64,000 nucleotides of DNA from NCBI GenBank assembly GCA_965649765.1, contig OZ287755.1, forward strand, positions 40,176,001-40,240,000, given 5' to 3'. The translations under genes and the position numbers were made by a program. Below are positions 1-13,947 of this stretch, piece after piece; within the stretch, counting starts at the first letter, position 1; each line of letters begins with the position of its first letter. The notes beneath the pieces are model-generated. The model was not told where the DNA came from and did not search any database. It saw nothing but the letters and a program-made list of their open reading frames with translations. This stretch comes from Bispira polyomma. Lineage: Eukaryota.

Positions 1-254
1 AACAATTAATTAATTAAGGAAAACTCAAGCTCAAAAGGCCCTCGTACTCCATTAAGTTTACATAATGTAGTGTCACTTGGTATTTATCTATATAAAAATT
101 TTATATCATAATTTTGATGAATAAATGTGATATATATTTAAAAGTTACTGAATATGAAATGCCAATGTAAACTTGAACTGACTAATTTATTAAACAAGGT
201 CATTCAATAATGTGGCACATAAAAGGGACAGGACATTCTTTAAAAGGTAACATA

Positions 255-448
255 TGTTTTAAACAATAGGTATCAGACAAACAGGAGTTTAAAATTTAAA
301 AAATAAACATCTGTTTTAAACAATAGGTATCACACAAACAGGAGTTTAAAAAATAAACATCTGTTTAAAACAATAGATATCACACAAACAGGAGTTTAAA
401 AAATAAACATCTGTTTTAAACAATAGGTATCACACAAACAGGAGTTTA
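255..448. repeat. Tandem repeat, ~49-56 bp unit x4
   Basis: TGTTTTAAACAATAGGTATCACACAAACAGGAGTTTAAAA unit occurs four times in a row. Confidence 0.9.
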
Positions 449-949
449 AGATAACGTAAACACACTATGGGATACTCTTGTCAAGTTTTTCAATTTTGCT
501 AAAGTAGTTCTTCATAATATTTATTTCACTTTTTAACCATAAAATACTCAATAGTCATTTTATACTAATACTTATTAAGTGGAACGTGTGTCAGATTTTC
601 CCCTTGTGCTAAGTAATAAGTCTTACTTCTATAATAATCTATTATTTATGAAGCAACATAATGAGTTTATTTACTTCACCACAGAATAGGTAGTACAGTA
701 AATATAAACATTATGGAAGTAAGAAGAAGAATAAAACTAAAATCCCACCAGATTGGGTACAAGAGCTCTCGTCATTGTTGACATTCTATTCAGGCTTTTA
801 GTTGGTTTGTGTGAGAGGAGTTTTTGTGGTTTTTGTTGTTATTGAGGCTATTCTAGTCTCTGACTTAGTTCCTTCTAGTCTATGAGTTCTTCCCCAAATT
901 AAAGAGTGTTCAATGTAGAGATAGTTATGTAGTGCATTATCTGATGTTT

Positions 950-1300
950 CCCTGGCCTAGTGGTAAGGTAGCTGGTCTAGGGATCAGAAGGTCCCACGTT
1001 GGACTCCCAGTACTTGTTGCTAGTTTAATCATTGGGATAACATCATTGGCCAAGATGTGTACACTAATTTGCCAAGTGGCTTGGATTACCACTTAAAATG
1101 GAGATCCTCTGTCACTGAGGCCCTATCCCCAGTGCCAGGCTAAAGATCTTAGGGGGGCGTTGATAAATGGTCATCCTCAAGCTTCCTTGCCTGCAGTTAG
1201 GGCGGAAGGACACTAACTGATGCAGTTGAATGCTACAGTCAGGAAAGGGTTAATTATAAAAACTGAGTAATACTACTGAGTATAAATACAAATACAAACC
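950..1300 (+). mobile_element. tRNA-derived SINE (family 1, CORE-like central part)
   Basis: A box TGGCCTAGTGG, B-box-like GTTGGACTCC, central CATTGGCCAAGATG (CCTTGGGCAAG in the other copies), AAATAC repeat tail; homologous copies at ~34525 and ~62387. Confidence 0.75.
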
Positions 1301-3764
1301 TTATTATTAATAGCTTACAAATTATGTTCAAGCTCTTTTTATTAGCAGTTATTTCCATTAAATATATCCATTTGATTAAGACTATGACGACATTTAAACA
1401 AATATCTAGTTATTAACCTGTTAAAAAATCAATCGAGGTAAACATTTGTTAAACAGTAAAATATATATATACTTGCACTTCTATATGAAAAAAAACAAAC
1501 AAACAAACTAACTATCATTTAATGACAAAAAGGAGAAATAATAAAAACTTACATTGTTAAAAACCACAACAAATTATTTGTAGATCACTAGTTTATTGTT
1601 TGGAAACAACAAGCTATTCACTGTCCTAGTATCCACGCACTTGTCTCGTGACTTCTCTTTATTTTTTTTAGTTTTCCGCCTTTTCTTTTCAAAGTGTTGA
1701 TCAGCGATTAAGTATGTTACAGTTAGCATATATGTCAATTCAAAATAAAACTATTGAATCTCTTGGAATTTTTTACCTTTACCAGGAATAACGTATAGAA
1801 TGTAGTTTCAGATACCCTGGCTTCCAAGTGGTCCAATAAATCAAACAGAGCAAGCGAGCACAGTCTCCGGACAAAGCATGGACCACCTCAAGCCAGTCAA
1901 AAAGATAATTGGTTGTGTGCATAATATAATTTTTAACCATAATGTTTTATGTAATAAGAAACTGTACGCAGCTGGTAAAATGGCTTGTCAATACTTATAA
2001 TACTACCCCTTTAAGGTTATAGTCAGATAGGATATGTTGGGCAGTGAATAGGGGGTTGGTAAAATCCCTGCAGTTTGGTAATGACCTGACCCGGGAGGTT
2101 AGACCTGAACCCCTAGATTTTCACAAAGAATTTCACAGAAAAAAGCCCTGTTCTTTCCAGAGTTCATTTGAAAAAGAAAAACTGTTGTGTAAAGGGAGCG
2201 AATATACCCCGCTGATGTTGCGTCTGAATCTGTTATATGACAACCGTTTCCGTCATCCCATGTCCGAATTTGTAGATTCACTACATCTGAAAAAATTGGC
2301 TGAGTTTTGCAGTATTTCTGTTTTAAAAAAAATTAATAAAAATATTTCCTGTCCGTCATTCTAACAAAAAAAGATCAATCGGCCGATACGAAGGTGACGT
2401 CAGTCAGGTGTATCCTACTTCTCTGTTTTCTTAAATTTTAATTTTTTTTTGATGTCGGAAACGTACGTCGGTGTTTTAATGCACCAACCTAATCACAAAA
2501 GAGATTCCTACATGAACCCTATCTATGTGTGATATGTGACATTCTATTATACCGCTGACTTACAAACTTGTATATATTGTATGTAATCAGGTTCAATAAA
2601 TGTAAGGTAGTTTTGTTTGTCTCTATATATGTATCTTTATTTGCCAAATACCAAACATGTTGGTGAGCTAAATTTTGAATTTAGTGGGTAACTGTTACAT
2701 GTTTGTAGCACACAATTTCATTGTTTAAGGCCTGTTCTCATTTAGACTTACATCTGTGAGCCTTAGTTGCGGCAGGTTATGCCATATAAAGATTGTTACA
2801 CCATGTTTAGATCAACCCACACCCTCCAAAAATGACCCCAGCCCAACTGCTGTGAAGTTGATTCGTACCTTCACTAACAGCCACTAATGAGAAACAAATA
2901 CATAACAAACAATAATGAATGCCCACAAATACATCATCAATCACAACGAAAAGTCACTAACTGCTCCTAATTAACACTATTGTGAAATGAGCCAGATTGA
3001 GCCAACACATTTTACTACTGACGAGAAACCTTCCATCAAGACTAATCAACATGTATTCTCCTCCGCCTACTTGCCCGACAAAAACCATTACGAAGGCCAA
3101 TTCGTGCACATAATTTTTAAACATTTTAAAGTTTCAAAACAGCACGACTAATGCGCACAGATATCAACAAAGTGTAGGAATAAAAACAATATCAACAATT
3201 TAAATTAGCTTTGCTAACCAAAGTCAAACCAAGGTCAGAGACAGAGATAACATTGATATGGTGGTTTAGCTAAATGCATCTCTAAATGCAAATTTCATTA
3301 TATTCACTTGATGTATCAATTTTAGAACGACAATTGCAATCATTCTGTAAAAAGTGTTCCTATGTTGATTCCAGAGTTACTGAGCTATAAAGCTAGAATA
3401 ACCCCCACAAACTGGAAATAGAGAGGGATACATCTAATAACTAGGAAATCTAATTTATTCACAAAATGTATGCAAATAAATTTATTCACTGAATAAACCC
3501 AAGGAACTAAAAGTATTGTACACCTTTACACAATGTACATTTGAATAAATTTAAATTCAAACTTTCTTACCTTGTTATCTTTGAAAAAATTATGGATATA
3601 TATCCCTCAGTTATTTTGTTTAACTAATCAGTAAGCATTTTCGCCAATCACATATTTACGAAGTGTTTCATAACTTTCTGTGTTAATAGCCTGTGCTTAT
3701 GTGTTCAGTTTAGAGAAAAATAAATCTTAAAGAAAACTAAGTCTTTTTTTATTATACATATATG

Positions 3765-4505
3765 TAGAGGGGCCATTTCAGCAACAAGGCCTCTTCGAAA
3801 CAGCACTTTTGTGGCCATTTCAACACCAAGTACTTTTTATGTCATCATAAATTCATCATGATTTAGAGAAAATATGCATTACATAGAAAAAATTGTGGTA
3901 AAGAGTTAATATTATGTAAATATTAATTTAATTCAGCAATAATGTGTTTTGACATACTTTACTAGTTATTGCTTCACTTTAATTAAAAAAAAGTAAATGG
4001 GAATTGCATTACAAAATATTACTCAGATAAAATTGACTAGGTGCTATATTCTCAAAAGGTTGCAAGCTCCATTCAGACTCAAGCTTCAATATAAAGTCCT
4101 CATACCTCTGGCTAGACTGATCGTCAATAAAATCTGACCGCACATTCTATGAATTCAGTCAATACACTCCATTAAAACGAATGGTCCACTTACAAAGACT
4201 TTGACATAGCCTTCAAGTGACTTCAAGTAAATCTAAGCTTGAGTTTCTTCGGAGAATGCAAGCCCTCACTTATAATGTAACGTCAGTTTGAAGTATATTG
4301 CAAGTTAATCGTAATGCACTCAAGATGACCAATTATCTACATTCCAAAGACTACTAACTATCTTTTCAAAAGCATTTTTTTACTAAAGTCTAGTAAAAAC
4401 TTTTTAGTAAAAATATTTTTAAAAAATGTATGATAGTGGAAACGGCACCTCCTTATATATAGTGGTGCCACTTTGAAATGGCCCCTGGTGTCGAAATGGC
4501 GCATA
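3765..4505. mobile_element. Possible non-autonomous DNA transposon with inverted GGCCATTTC/GAAATGGCC end motifs
   Basis: GGCCATTTCA occurs twice near 3770-3820 and its reverse complement GAAATGGC twice near 4475-4500; no TSD established. Confidence 0.35.
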
Positions 4506-6776
4506 ATACATGTATGTATTAATGTCTATCAACTGTTTATTGTGTACAGAAAGGCCTTTATCAGGTAGCCTTCTATAAGAACTTCCAGAAGGGTGTGCAC
4601 CTCTTTATTTGCTTTTCACTGTATGCAGATGTTTACTCCTATTTAATATATATATATAGCTGATTGTTGATTTAATCAGGGACTTTTTAATGACAGATCA
4701 CAGACTGGCGAATGGCCAGCTACAAACATTTGTTTACTGAGAAAGCTATTCGGGATATTTATTATCCAATTCAACGAGTTTTTTTTCAATGACAACTTTT
4801 ATCATATGTGTAGGTTAAGAGAGAGGTTCAGTTGTTGGTATTATCCTCTTTTTTTTAGAATTTTCAAATGCTCATAACATAAGAAGTAAAATGTGTTGTT
4901 TCATGGGTGGGATTCTTACCACTATTTCTTTTTAAAATCAAATTTGATGCGATATATAATTTCTGTATTTTACAAGATATTGAGAACTGTTAAAAATAAA
5001 TAATAAAATATATATATAAGTCACTTGTATGATGTAATCAAATTTTAAAGATCCTTTTTGCTTGGTTTAATATATACATTTTTGTCAGTTGAATAAACTG
5101 GCCATTTCAATCCACATCTTGTGTTTTCATCTTAGTTTATAAATATTCCTAAATTTAGGCTGATATAAAGTATGGTTATTTTCTTTTAACATATGGACAG
5201 TGTTTTAACATTTCAAATTCTGAGGTGACAATGTGGAGACTATCACCTTATTGTCTCACCTTTGCCGTCGCCACCCAAGAAGTAATGGACAAAAGTAACA
5301 GGACAGAAAGAAACCAGACAAAAAGTATTTGGACAAATACACCCATGGTACTCGAGTTGACTGATAAATGAAGAAATACTGCAAAAACTCACCATTTTTA
5401 GTATTATTCCAAAGAGGAGAGTCTTGTCCATAAAATGCACACCTTTTTAAAATTATATTTACAAACAAATAAACTGTCCAGTTAAACATCAGGAGATCCA
5501 AGAAGACCTTGACCTTAAAAACAATAATACACCAAATGTGAGAGGGCCTCGAGGAAGTGCATAAAAAGTAGGAATTATTTCATTATTTTTTTTTATTTGG
5601 TCCCCAGATTATATAATAAAATGATGGTAAATCAACACACATGCAAGGACCAACCTATATTTAAACAATACAATTAAATTTAAACAAATCATTTTAAAAC
5701 CTTTCTCCAGCATATGGTGTGTACAACCTATGGTATTTATCTGATGAAATAATTAACTACTCCCTTACAGGAAAGACAACATCTTTGTAAACAGAGCAGA
5801 AATCGTTATTATTGATAACTTTACCCTTAAAATAAATATTTATATTATAAATAAGTACTAAAATATTTACAGAAGAAGATATTTATTTTTTTTTTAAACA
5901 TTATTTCATACAAAATTTAATGATGAATACAACGTCACATTCACCAAGATGGATATGTACGTCCATGGATAAACACTTTTATTATTGTGCTGTATTATAT
6001 AATTAATGCTTAATGTTATGAAATATACATGTGAGGATATAAAATTCACCGTGTTTTACAGTTTCTAATGATTGTACGAATAAAAGGGATGTGATTTAAC
6101 TTTATTTGTGACATCAGTTGTATTATTGTTCAACTCAAACACCATTCATCTCAAGTACCATGGGTGTAGTCTCACTACTAGGACAAAAAGGTACAAAAAG
6201 TAAATTTATTGAATAAAAATCCATAAAACATATGAACATTAAACATATAAAATACATAAAAATGTTGAAAAATGTAACGCTTCAGTTCTTTTGGTAATCA
6301 CTAAGAATGTCTTAATGTGTGGCCTACAATCAAGCGGTAGGCATAAAAAAAAACAATCGGGTACAAAAATGCCATTAATGTTTTTTTTAAATTCTTTCGT
6401 GAAACAACCAAATAATTGTCATCTGTCACCATTTGTTGTACCGTTCTCTTATCCTTGTCTCAATGCTGTCTCATTGTGGTCCCTTGGCTGTCGCATTTGT
6501 GTCTCCTGGGTGTTGTCATACTGTCTCAACAAATGCCATTGGAAGGACCTTTTTTTTGCAGGTGACTGCACACAAATAATGGCGACGGCAATAAATTATC
6601 GCAACGCAGTCATGCATTTTTGTCACTTTTGTGGGATGTCAGCTTATTACCTACTAAGGCTATGCTGGCTCGAGCTTTATACAAGTGTCTGAAAGAATGT
6701 TTATACAGTTGAACCTTTATTATCCGAAGCTGTTGTGTGAGCTACATTATATTTGGCACTTTAGTTTAAACATCAT

Positions 6777-6995
6777 TTGGGAGGTCTCTATGGCCAAGTC
6801 ATTGGAGTGTCGGACTTGTGCGCCGAATGTGGCAGCACTGCTAGTTTGCTTTCTAAGCGAGCTGAGACTGAACAACTGGTTGACAAGTAAAAGAACCTAG
6901 GCTGCGGTAACAACATATCAAAGCAAATTTGATAACAGTGATGTTGAAAGTGCACTATATTAAATGAACAGTTATTAGTATTAATTATTATTATT
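6777..6995 (+). mobile_element. Degenerate SINE with L2-like tail
   Basis: tRNA-like head (TGGCCAAGT...), 3' end AAAGTGCACTATATTAAAT followed by (ATT)n. Confidence 0.45.
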
Positions 6996-8082
6996 TGGGA
7001 GAACTATAGTGTGTTTATAAAATATATTTGATAACAGAAGTTTGGATACTTTGTAAGTTCACTGTGTCTATATGATGGTGAGGTTTTTAGTATATGTGAT
7101 GGTGTTGAGGTAAATTACTGACCACATAAAGGACTTTGTTTGAGGAGTGTCCCTGCTGATATGTTGATCTTGGCTCTAAATTAGAACTAATGGAACCCAG
7201 CCAAACTTATGTGATTATTTTGTAAATTATAGTGGCCCCAAAATGTCAAAAGATGTACATAACATAAAATCAATTAACAAATTTAAAATGAATTTGAGTG
7301 TGAGATGCATTTTTAATCAGCCAAGGCAAAAATTGTTACCCCAGGCCTGAGTCGAGCCTTACATATTATTTCTAAGATGGCGGCACTTTTTTCTGAAAGA
7401 AACCAACACAATAGAAAACAAATAAAACATTTGTATGCAATAATGTTTTAATGCCACCTACATTATTATCATAAGTCATCATAGACACGCTGAAGAAGTA
7501 GAGTCCAGTGACAGGGCATGAAAACTCTCCAAACTGGTTGAGTAATGGTCACCATAGTTTGTCAGTACAGAGTTGAACACAATTGGGTCACCTTCAGGAC
7601 ACAAGTCACTACCCGGGTAGGCTGTAAAGGCCACATATTGTTTCTGCAAATATATGTGATTAAAGGTCTCTAGATGGAACAATTGTGTACAGTTTTGCAT
7701 CTGTGTACAGTCTCGTACTTGAGTATGTTAGTATCTAGGCCTTGATCAGAACATAATATGTCATATGCCTCAACTTAAATATATTTTGCAATATCATTTC
7801 TTAAAATCTATGCGAAAAATAGTGTTTTGTAGCATAGCATCAAATGAAGGTATCATAGTATAAATTTTTGTTGTCATTGATATTTTATTGCTTTGTATAT
7901 CAAAGAAAATGTATCCTATTTTCAGTAGAAATATCTCAATGCAAACCTGTTGATCAAATCTGGTAAGAAGCTGCTTATATTGGAATGAAAACTGAAACCA
8001 GTATCCATTTGCTGCAGATAATACAACTAAACAAGAGCATATATATGAAGTGTCTATTACTGCACAAAGTTTCTTATTTGTG

Positions 8083-8250
8083 GCCTCCTGTGGTCTAGTG
8101 GTTAGGGAGTTGGTCTGGTGATCAAAAGGTCCCAAATTCAACTCTCAGTGGGGGATTTGGTTGGCTTGGTGATCATAAGGTCCTCAATTCGACACCTGCT
8201 ATGCTGCTAGGTTAAATGGTGGGCAAGATGTAAACATAACGACCCAGGCT
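8083..8250 (+). mobile_element. SINE family 1 fragment with duplicated tRNA head (equivalent copy at ~23043-23210)
   Basis: TGGTCTAGTGGTTAGG...GGTGATCAAAAGGTCCC is followed by a second GGTGATCATAAGGTCCTC...TTCGAC, then GGGCAAGATGT. Confidence 0.6.
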
Positions 8251-9213
8251 ATGTTGTAGGTCATATGATTGGTTGATTGATTCAGTTGTTAAGCTTTAGG
8301 AGATGGCTTGCATCAATAAAGCGCCTTAAAATATATAATACAATACAATATTCTACAATTGTCATCAGTCTTTTGGTTCTAAGAATGCTAAAAATTGTAA
8401 TTTTTCATTTATACCTGAAACTCTATGTTTATATGCTGGTCAGTCCCAGGTGAGATTGTCAGCCTAAACATTTCAACTCTAACCAATGTGAAGAAAGCTG
8501 GTGTTAGCTATTATGTTTATAACCAATAATATTATCCAAATATCCAACTCATTTACATAATATTTAAAACAAATGTGATCACTAGTTATGGCTGGCTGCA
8601 CTAAGCAGGAGGCTAAATTATACCAAAGTGAAAACTTGATTTACAGTGAAGCTTTCTTAAATATACATATAATAAGACATATTACTTAAATACAGTATCA
8701 TACAATATTACTTAAATACAATCTCATATAAAATATTACACAAAATCGAAATTTACTTTGTAGTAAAACATTTACGCAGTATATCACTGAATTACACATC
8801 ACTGTTACAATAGAAAATCATCAGTTTATACACATTTTATATTCTTCCCTTAAAAGTGAAGATTTCTAAAAAAACATTTTCTATTTCACAGCCTCATCCC
8901 TCTATTGAAGTACATATTATAGTATATATAAATAACAACTAACCCAGAGATTTTATAGTTGTGATTTCTTGAAGAAGTGTGTCATACTTCTCATCCAGTT
9001 CAGTCAAGTGACGTTTCACTTCCTCTGCTGTCTAAGTAATGAATATTATACAGCAAAAGTTCTATTATCCAAAGTTCTGTTATCCGAATATTTGATTCTA
9101 TGAGCACATATTTCCTTCAAAATTGTTTCATACACAGTGTATACTTAGTACAATATTTTCATAGGCAGTGGGTGTGAATTTATTTGGATTTTTACGTCCA
9201 TTTGAACAGCTTA

Positions 9214-9477
9214 GCCTACGCTTCCTTTGAGCATGTTTTTCTCGGCCGATGTTGGCCGACGTTTTTTGCTGATTACACAATACTACCAAGTGCATCCTTT
9301 CAGCATATTTGCAACAGATCAGATCCGACGTTGGGTTGACAGATTTTATCCCTCAGGGAGGGGAAACATCGGGAGGACTGTCCGATTTTTATATAAATAT
9401 TAACAATTTTTTTCAAATTTTATTTTACATAGAACAAATCTGATGAAAGGAAGCGCTATATCGGTGCTACATAGTCC
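9214..9477. mobile_element. Truncated copy of the 57155-57474 MITE
   Basis: Begins TTA|GCCTACGCTTCCTTT; internally homologous to the 57.2 kb copy; right TIR missing. Confidence 0.7.
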
Positions 9478-11065
9478 ACTAAAATAAATCAAATTGATGT
9501 AGCTTTATCTTTAAACCATTTACTTACTTTTGCCTCTGCTGCAAAAGGTAGAAAAAACAAAGTAACCAGTAACTATGCTGTCCTAATGCTTTCATCCTGA
9601 TATATTGTATTCTATGATTATAAACTTGTGATTTACTACTTCCCAATTCTCAGAAATACTATGACCTGTAAAGATATGGACAGTACAAAGAAATTATTGT
9701 TATCTATGTGATAAAACGTATGGTGATTGCTGTGTAGAGGAGTAACATTTCTATCGATAAAGCCAATAGCATTAAATTAAATGTATATCAGTATAAGTGT
9801 ATATGTTAGGATATGTACAAAGAAATGAATGTTATCCATGTGAAAAGACATATAGTGGTTGCTGTGAAGAAGTGTAACATTTCCATTGATAAAGCAAACA
9901 GCGCTAAATTTTATATGTACATCAGTGATGTTAAAAAATATCATACCTTTTGACAACATGTCAGTCTAATATTTATCACAAGGGGTGATATATGTGATAG
10001 GAAACAATTTTGTAGACTATATTATCACTCCATTATTTGATGTACATATAGTGTACACTTTAATGTGGTATATTTAAACAAAGGAACACTGAGAACACTG
10101 AAAATAAACTGAAATCAATTGCACAGTTTAGAAAATTGATGAATAATATCACCTGTAAAGCATATGTAAAAGTATCTATACAACAAAAATAATTGTATCT
10201 ATCAGATAAAGCATTTTGAATGACAAATTATGTTGGAGAAAGCCAGCTCTCTGTCTGACCATGACCTTAACCACATAGAATTATATTTGTTTTTGCTTCT
10301 GGAAGTCTACTTACATTCAGGAGCAAACTAACTGTACAAACATGCCTTTTTATTTAAGGAGTTTTAATAGATATTTTAACCATTTACATATTATATACAT
10401 TTGAATGTTTACTTACTGCTTATTAATCTGCAGAAGTTTTAAGAAGATGTCATGGAATTTTTCTCATAAACTTACGCTTGGTTGGCTCACTTTGGGGGGG
10501 CTGTATCTATTTCTAGTGATCTTGCTGTCATCTATGTCAAACAAAAAAATTAGCTAAATAATTTAAATATTGTATTTTTTTAGTACAAATATATTTTATT
10601 GTATTGTTCAACAATGTTTTGAGCTGCTGCCACACTCCCCACCTTATACTATTAAAACTAATGTGTACAAATAGTACAATCAGTTTTGATATGTCAGCTT
10701 CAAAAACTGGCCACTTAAATCAATCTCAATTGTTTTCGTTGATGCTATATAATCTGGCAGCTACAAATATATATATCCAGACTTAAGGTAGTGTTGCAGA
10801 TGATTATGGCTAGCATGAATTGCATGGGGTGCAAAGAAAAACATCCAAGGCCTGTATTTTGTGCTAACAGCAATGAGTGAAGATGAGGAAGAATTTTGTT
10901 ACAACATGTCGAATTTTGACTTTTCACAAACGGATGTCCTGGTTGTGGAAACTGGTATGCATTATCAGAGGTTGAGGTTTTAGAATAATCTTTTTTTAAA
11001 TTAAAAAAAAACAAAAAAACTTTTAATATCGAGACTAACATACAAGCATATGGCACATGATTGAG

Positions 11066-11237
11066 TTGTATACCACATGGATTGGTGGTATCAAGAGATA
11101 TTATATTATTAAATGATTTTGTGTGAATAAAGTGTTTGCCTTTTGGTGTTCATGTATACCACATGGATTGGTGGTATCAAGAGATATTATATTATTACAT
11201 GATTTTGTGTAAATAAAGTGTTTGCCTTTTGGTGTTC
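11066..11237. repeat. Direct tandem duplication, ~86 bp x2
   Basis: TGTATACCACATGGATTGGTGGTATCAAGAGATA...GCCTTTTGGTGTTC occurs twice. Confidence 0.85.
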
Positions 11238-11542
11238 TGACATATCTTCTTTTCTTTGGAGAATGGGCTATATTATGAAAAAGGCACATTTTAAGTACAT
11301 TGTTTCTTCCAGGAATTACTGGCAGTATCTATGACGATATTTTGGGGGCAGTAAAACCATGCCAACAGGAGGATGGACTTGTAAAAATGAGTTTAATGAT
11401 TTTACTGACTGTGTGACCCACGGTTATGAATGATAAATAACAGAAAATAAAGGGCCATATAATTACTTTTATTGGCTTTTCTTACATTTTTCTTTGTATG
11501 TAAATATGATCAGAAGACCAGATTTACAGTCAAAAGCAGGTG

Positions 11543-12371
11543 TTATGCTGAAGTAGATAAAGCTATCAAAAATCCGTAGAAGGAACATCATTCAAATCTT
11601 CAGTAACCTTTGCCACCAAAGTATCGGATCTCCAAGTGCTACGCAGCCACACTTTACTTCCTGTTGTACACTCAATTACCAAAGTATTAGTACCATCGTT
11701 CCAATTAATTTAATATATGTACCTGAAATATGCATAGTGAAAAATAGAACTCTGAACATCATTCAAATCTTCAGTAACCTTTGCCACCAAAGTATCGGAT
11801 CTCCAAGTGCTACGCAGCCACACTTTACTTCCTGTTGTACACTCAATTACCAAAGTATTAGTACCATCGTTCCAATTAACTTAATATATGTACCTGAAAT
11901 ATGCATAGTGAAAAATAGCCAATAATACCTCAAGGAAACAAACATAAATACATTGAAACACTCTGCATCACAAAATAATGTAGTAATATGTATAGACGAG
12001 TTGAACTATCCACACATATCTAGACTCTTAACCATGGGTGAATAAAATTTACATGCTGACCTACATTATCATACAATTATCTAATACAAGTCACCATTAT
12101 AACATTTTTAAAACTGAAGGACATATGTAGCTATTTTCCATAATATTTTAATGTAGTACCTGCTGAAATATTGGCATTCGGTTATCTAAAAATCTCTTTA
12201 AAAATGGGGGGGGGGGGGGGGGGGCTTTAATTACAGAAAATATGGTTTAGTGTAATTTCAAGATTTCAACATTTTACCCACATCATCAGTATAAGTCATC
12301 AAAAACACTCCAAAGAGGCAGAGTCCAGCGACAGGACAAGTAAAAATTCCAGAACTGGTGTCGTAATGATA
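11543..12371 (-). pseudogene. C1qDC type B copy B1, remnant: 3' part of exon 3 (12371-12282) and a 5'-truncated, tandemly duplicated exon 4
   Basis: YHYDTSSGIFTCPVAGLCLFGVFLMTYTDD|gtgggt; exon 4 remnant ...FYGFLIALSTSA* lacks its acceptor; ~171 bp duplication (11584/11755). Confidence 0.85.
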
Positions 12372-13947
12372 GTAAAAATTCAGAATTAAACAAGATTAAA
12401 AAGATTAGTCATGAGCAAGATAACATCATAGTTATTAAAGATTTACTGTTCATGCGTGTTACCAGAAATACTAAATTAAAACAACAGTTTCCGTAATGTA
12501 TTTATACATACAATTATATCTGTGCTTACCTATAGTTTCTATTATTCCTGTTTTAATTTTTATTGTACTTAATTGTTTTGTAATCTGAGGTGGAATAAAT
12601 AAAAAAAAATATACAAAAATAAAAAGAGGGTGTAAATTAAACATGGAGGGGTTACATCAAAATCAAGTTTAAGTTAGCCCTGGAGATCATGCCATTCTTA
12701 AGTAGACGAAAAAGCTCCAACTTAGGTCTAAGGTACATGTCATTCAAATTCCTTGACTGCGGAAGAAAATACTTTGTCTGGCTATGACACTTCAGCAGCT
12801 TCTCTCTTCCAGAACCCTTTCCTCTACTTCCCCTTTGCTTACAGCCTGTGAGCCACCCAACTTTGCAGTAGTAGATACACATGTTGATTCTGCCATCGCA
12901 TTAGTTTGATCACACAAAAAGTATCCCCCCAAAATGTCTCAGTTTGTATACTTTTAAAAAACTTTTGCCATCAACAACAATGTATCTCTCTTCCAAATAT
13001 TAGGGCCCATGGACTTTGAGGATCTTTAGCTGTCTGGAGTTACCTCCACAAAACATCTCAGGCTGCTGCCACTGTTTCACTCGCTTATTTTTCTTTCCCA
13101 CCCCTAAGTTTTAGTTTTACCTTGGATATTTTAAAATCTCTAAAATTTTACCTTCTACAACTTGTAACCTTCACACATGGATCGAGATTTGACCCAGAAA
13201 TGATATTTTGACAACATACATCAGTTGAATATCTATACCATGTCTTGATTAATATTTCCCCCATACTGGGAAAAACTAATGCATGATAAGTTTGCTAGAA
13301 ATGAATGCAGCTTGTTTAAGGCCCATGCTGGTAAATTTTGGTCTGAAATTCTTGCCCGTATGGCACCTGTTTCAAACAATTTTGTATTAAGGAATTCCGG
13401 ACAATGACAAAGTTTATAGACAATAATTTTATACCTGTGAAAGGAGGCTGCAGTACTGACAGACAAGCAATTGCCAATTTCATTAAGTTTACCATATAGA
13501 CCATATTGCGGGGCACCACCCCAGTGGTGGTATGATCAGTTCTAGGGGACCAGTCTAACCTCACTCACGGTTCATTGCATAGTACTATAAAAGCCCCAGC
13601 ATTTCCAGTATTCTACCTTTTCAAATTCAGCTGCTGGACTGACAATATAAAACAGATACTAACAGAGGTCACCAGAAAAGGGAGGCAGAAACCACAAGGG
13701 ATTTGTTGTTTACATTTTTCTTTTATAACTTTAGTACACTGGTTTTTAACATTGATTGTCTCATTTATAATTATATTTATTGTAACGGATGTAGTTGGTG
13801 GAGCATTTGTCTGAACACTGGTTTTAACATTGACTGTCTCAGTGGAGCATTTGTCTGATCAATTCCTATAACCAAAGAGACGCTAGTCTATTAAATAGTT
13901 CATTGTTCTCAGTTTCACTGTGTTAACAAATTTATTGTACCCGTAAA

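Larger units (their letters stand above)
7462..9595 (-). pseudogene. C1qDC type A copy A1, pseudogene; exons 9595-9528, 9031-8944, 7643-7462; exon 4 not found in the window
   Basis: Homologous to A2/A3. Signal exon is 68 nt (1-nt deletion, leading to TGA early in exon 2). Exon 3 has a 5-nt deletion at the acceptor plus 3-nt and 1-nt internal deletions. Coil exon TAEEVKRHLTELDEKYDTLLQEITTIKSL. Confidence 0.85.

Noticed and set aside
2044-2364. 106-aa ORF, and similar short ORFs at 6291 and 12652
   Set aside because: No recognisable motifs or splice structure; treated as chance or repeat-derived.
7462-9595. Compensating frameshifts (-1 and -5) rescuing A1
   Set aside because: The shifted frame hits TGA early in exon 2, and a further -1 follows in exon 3.
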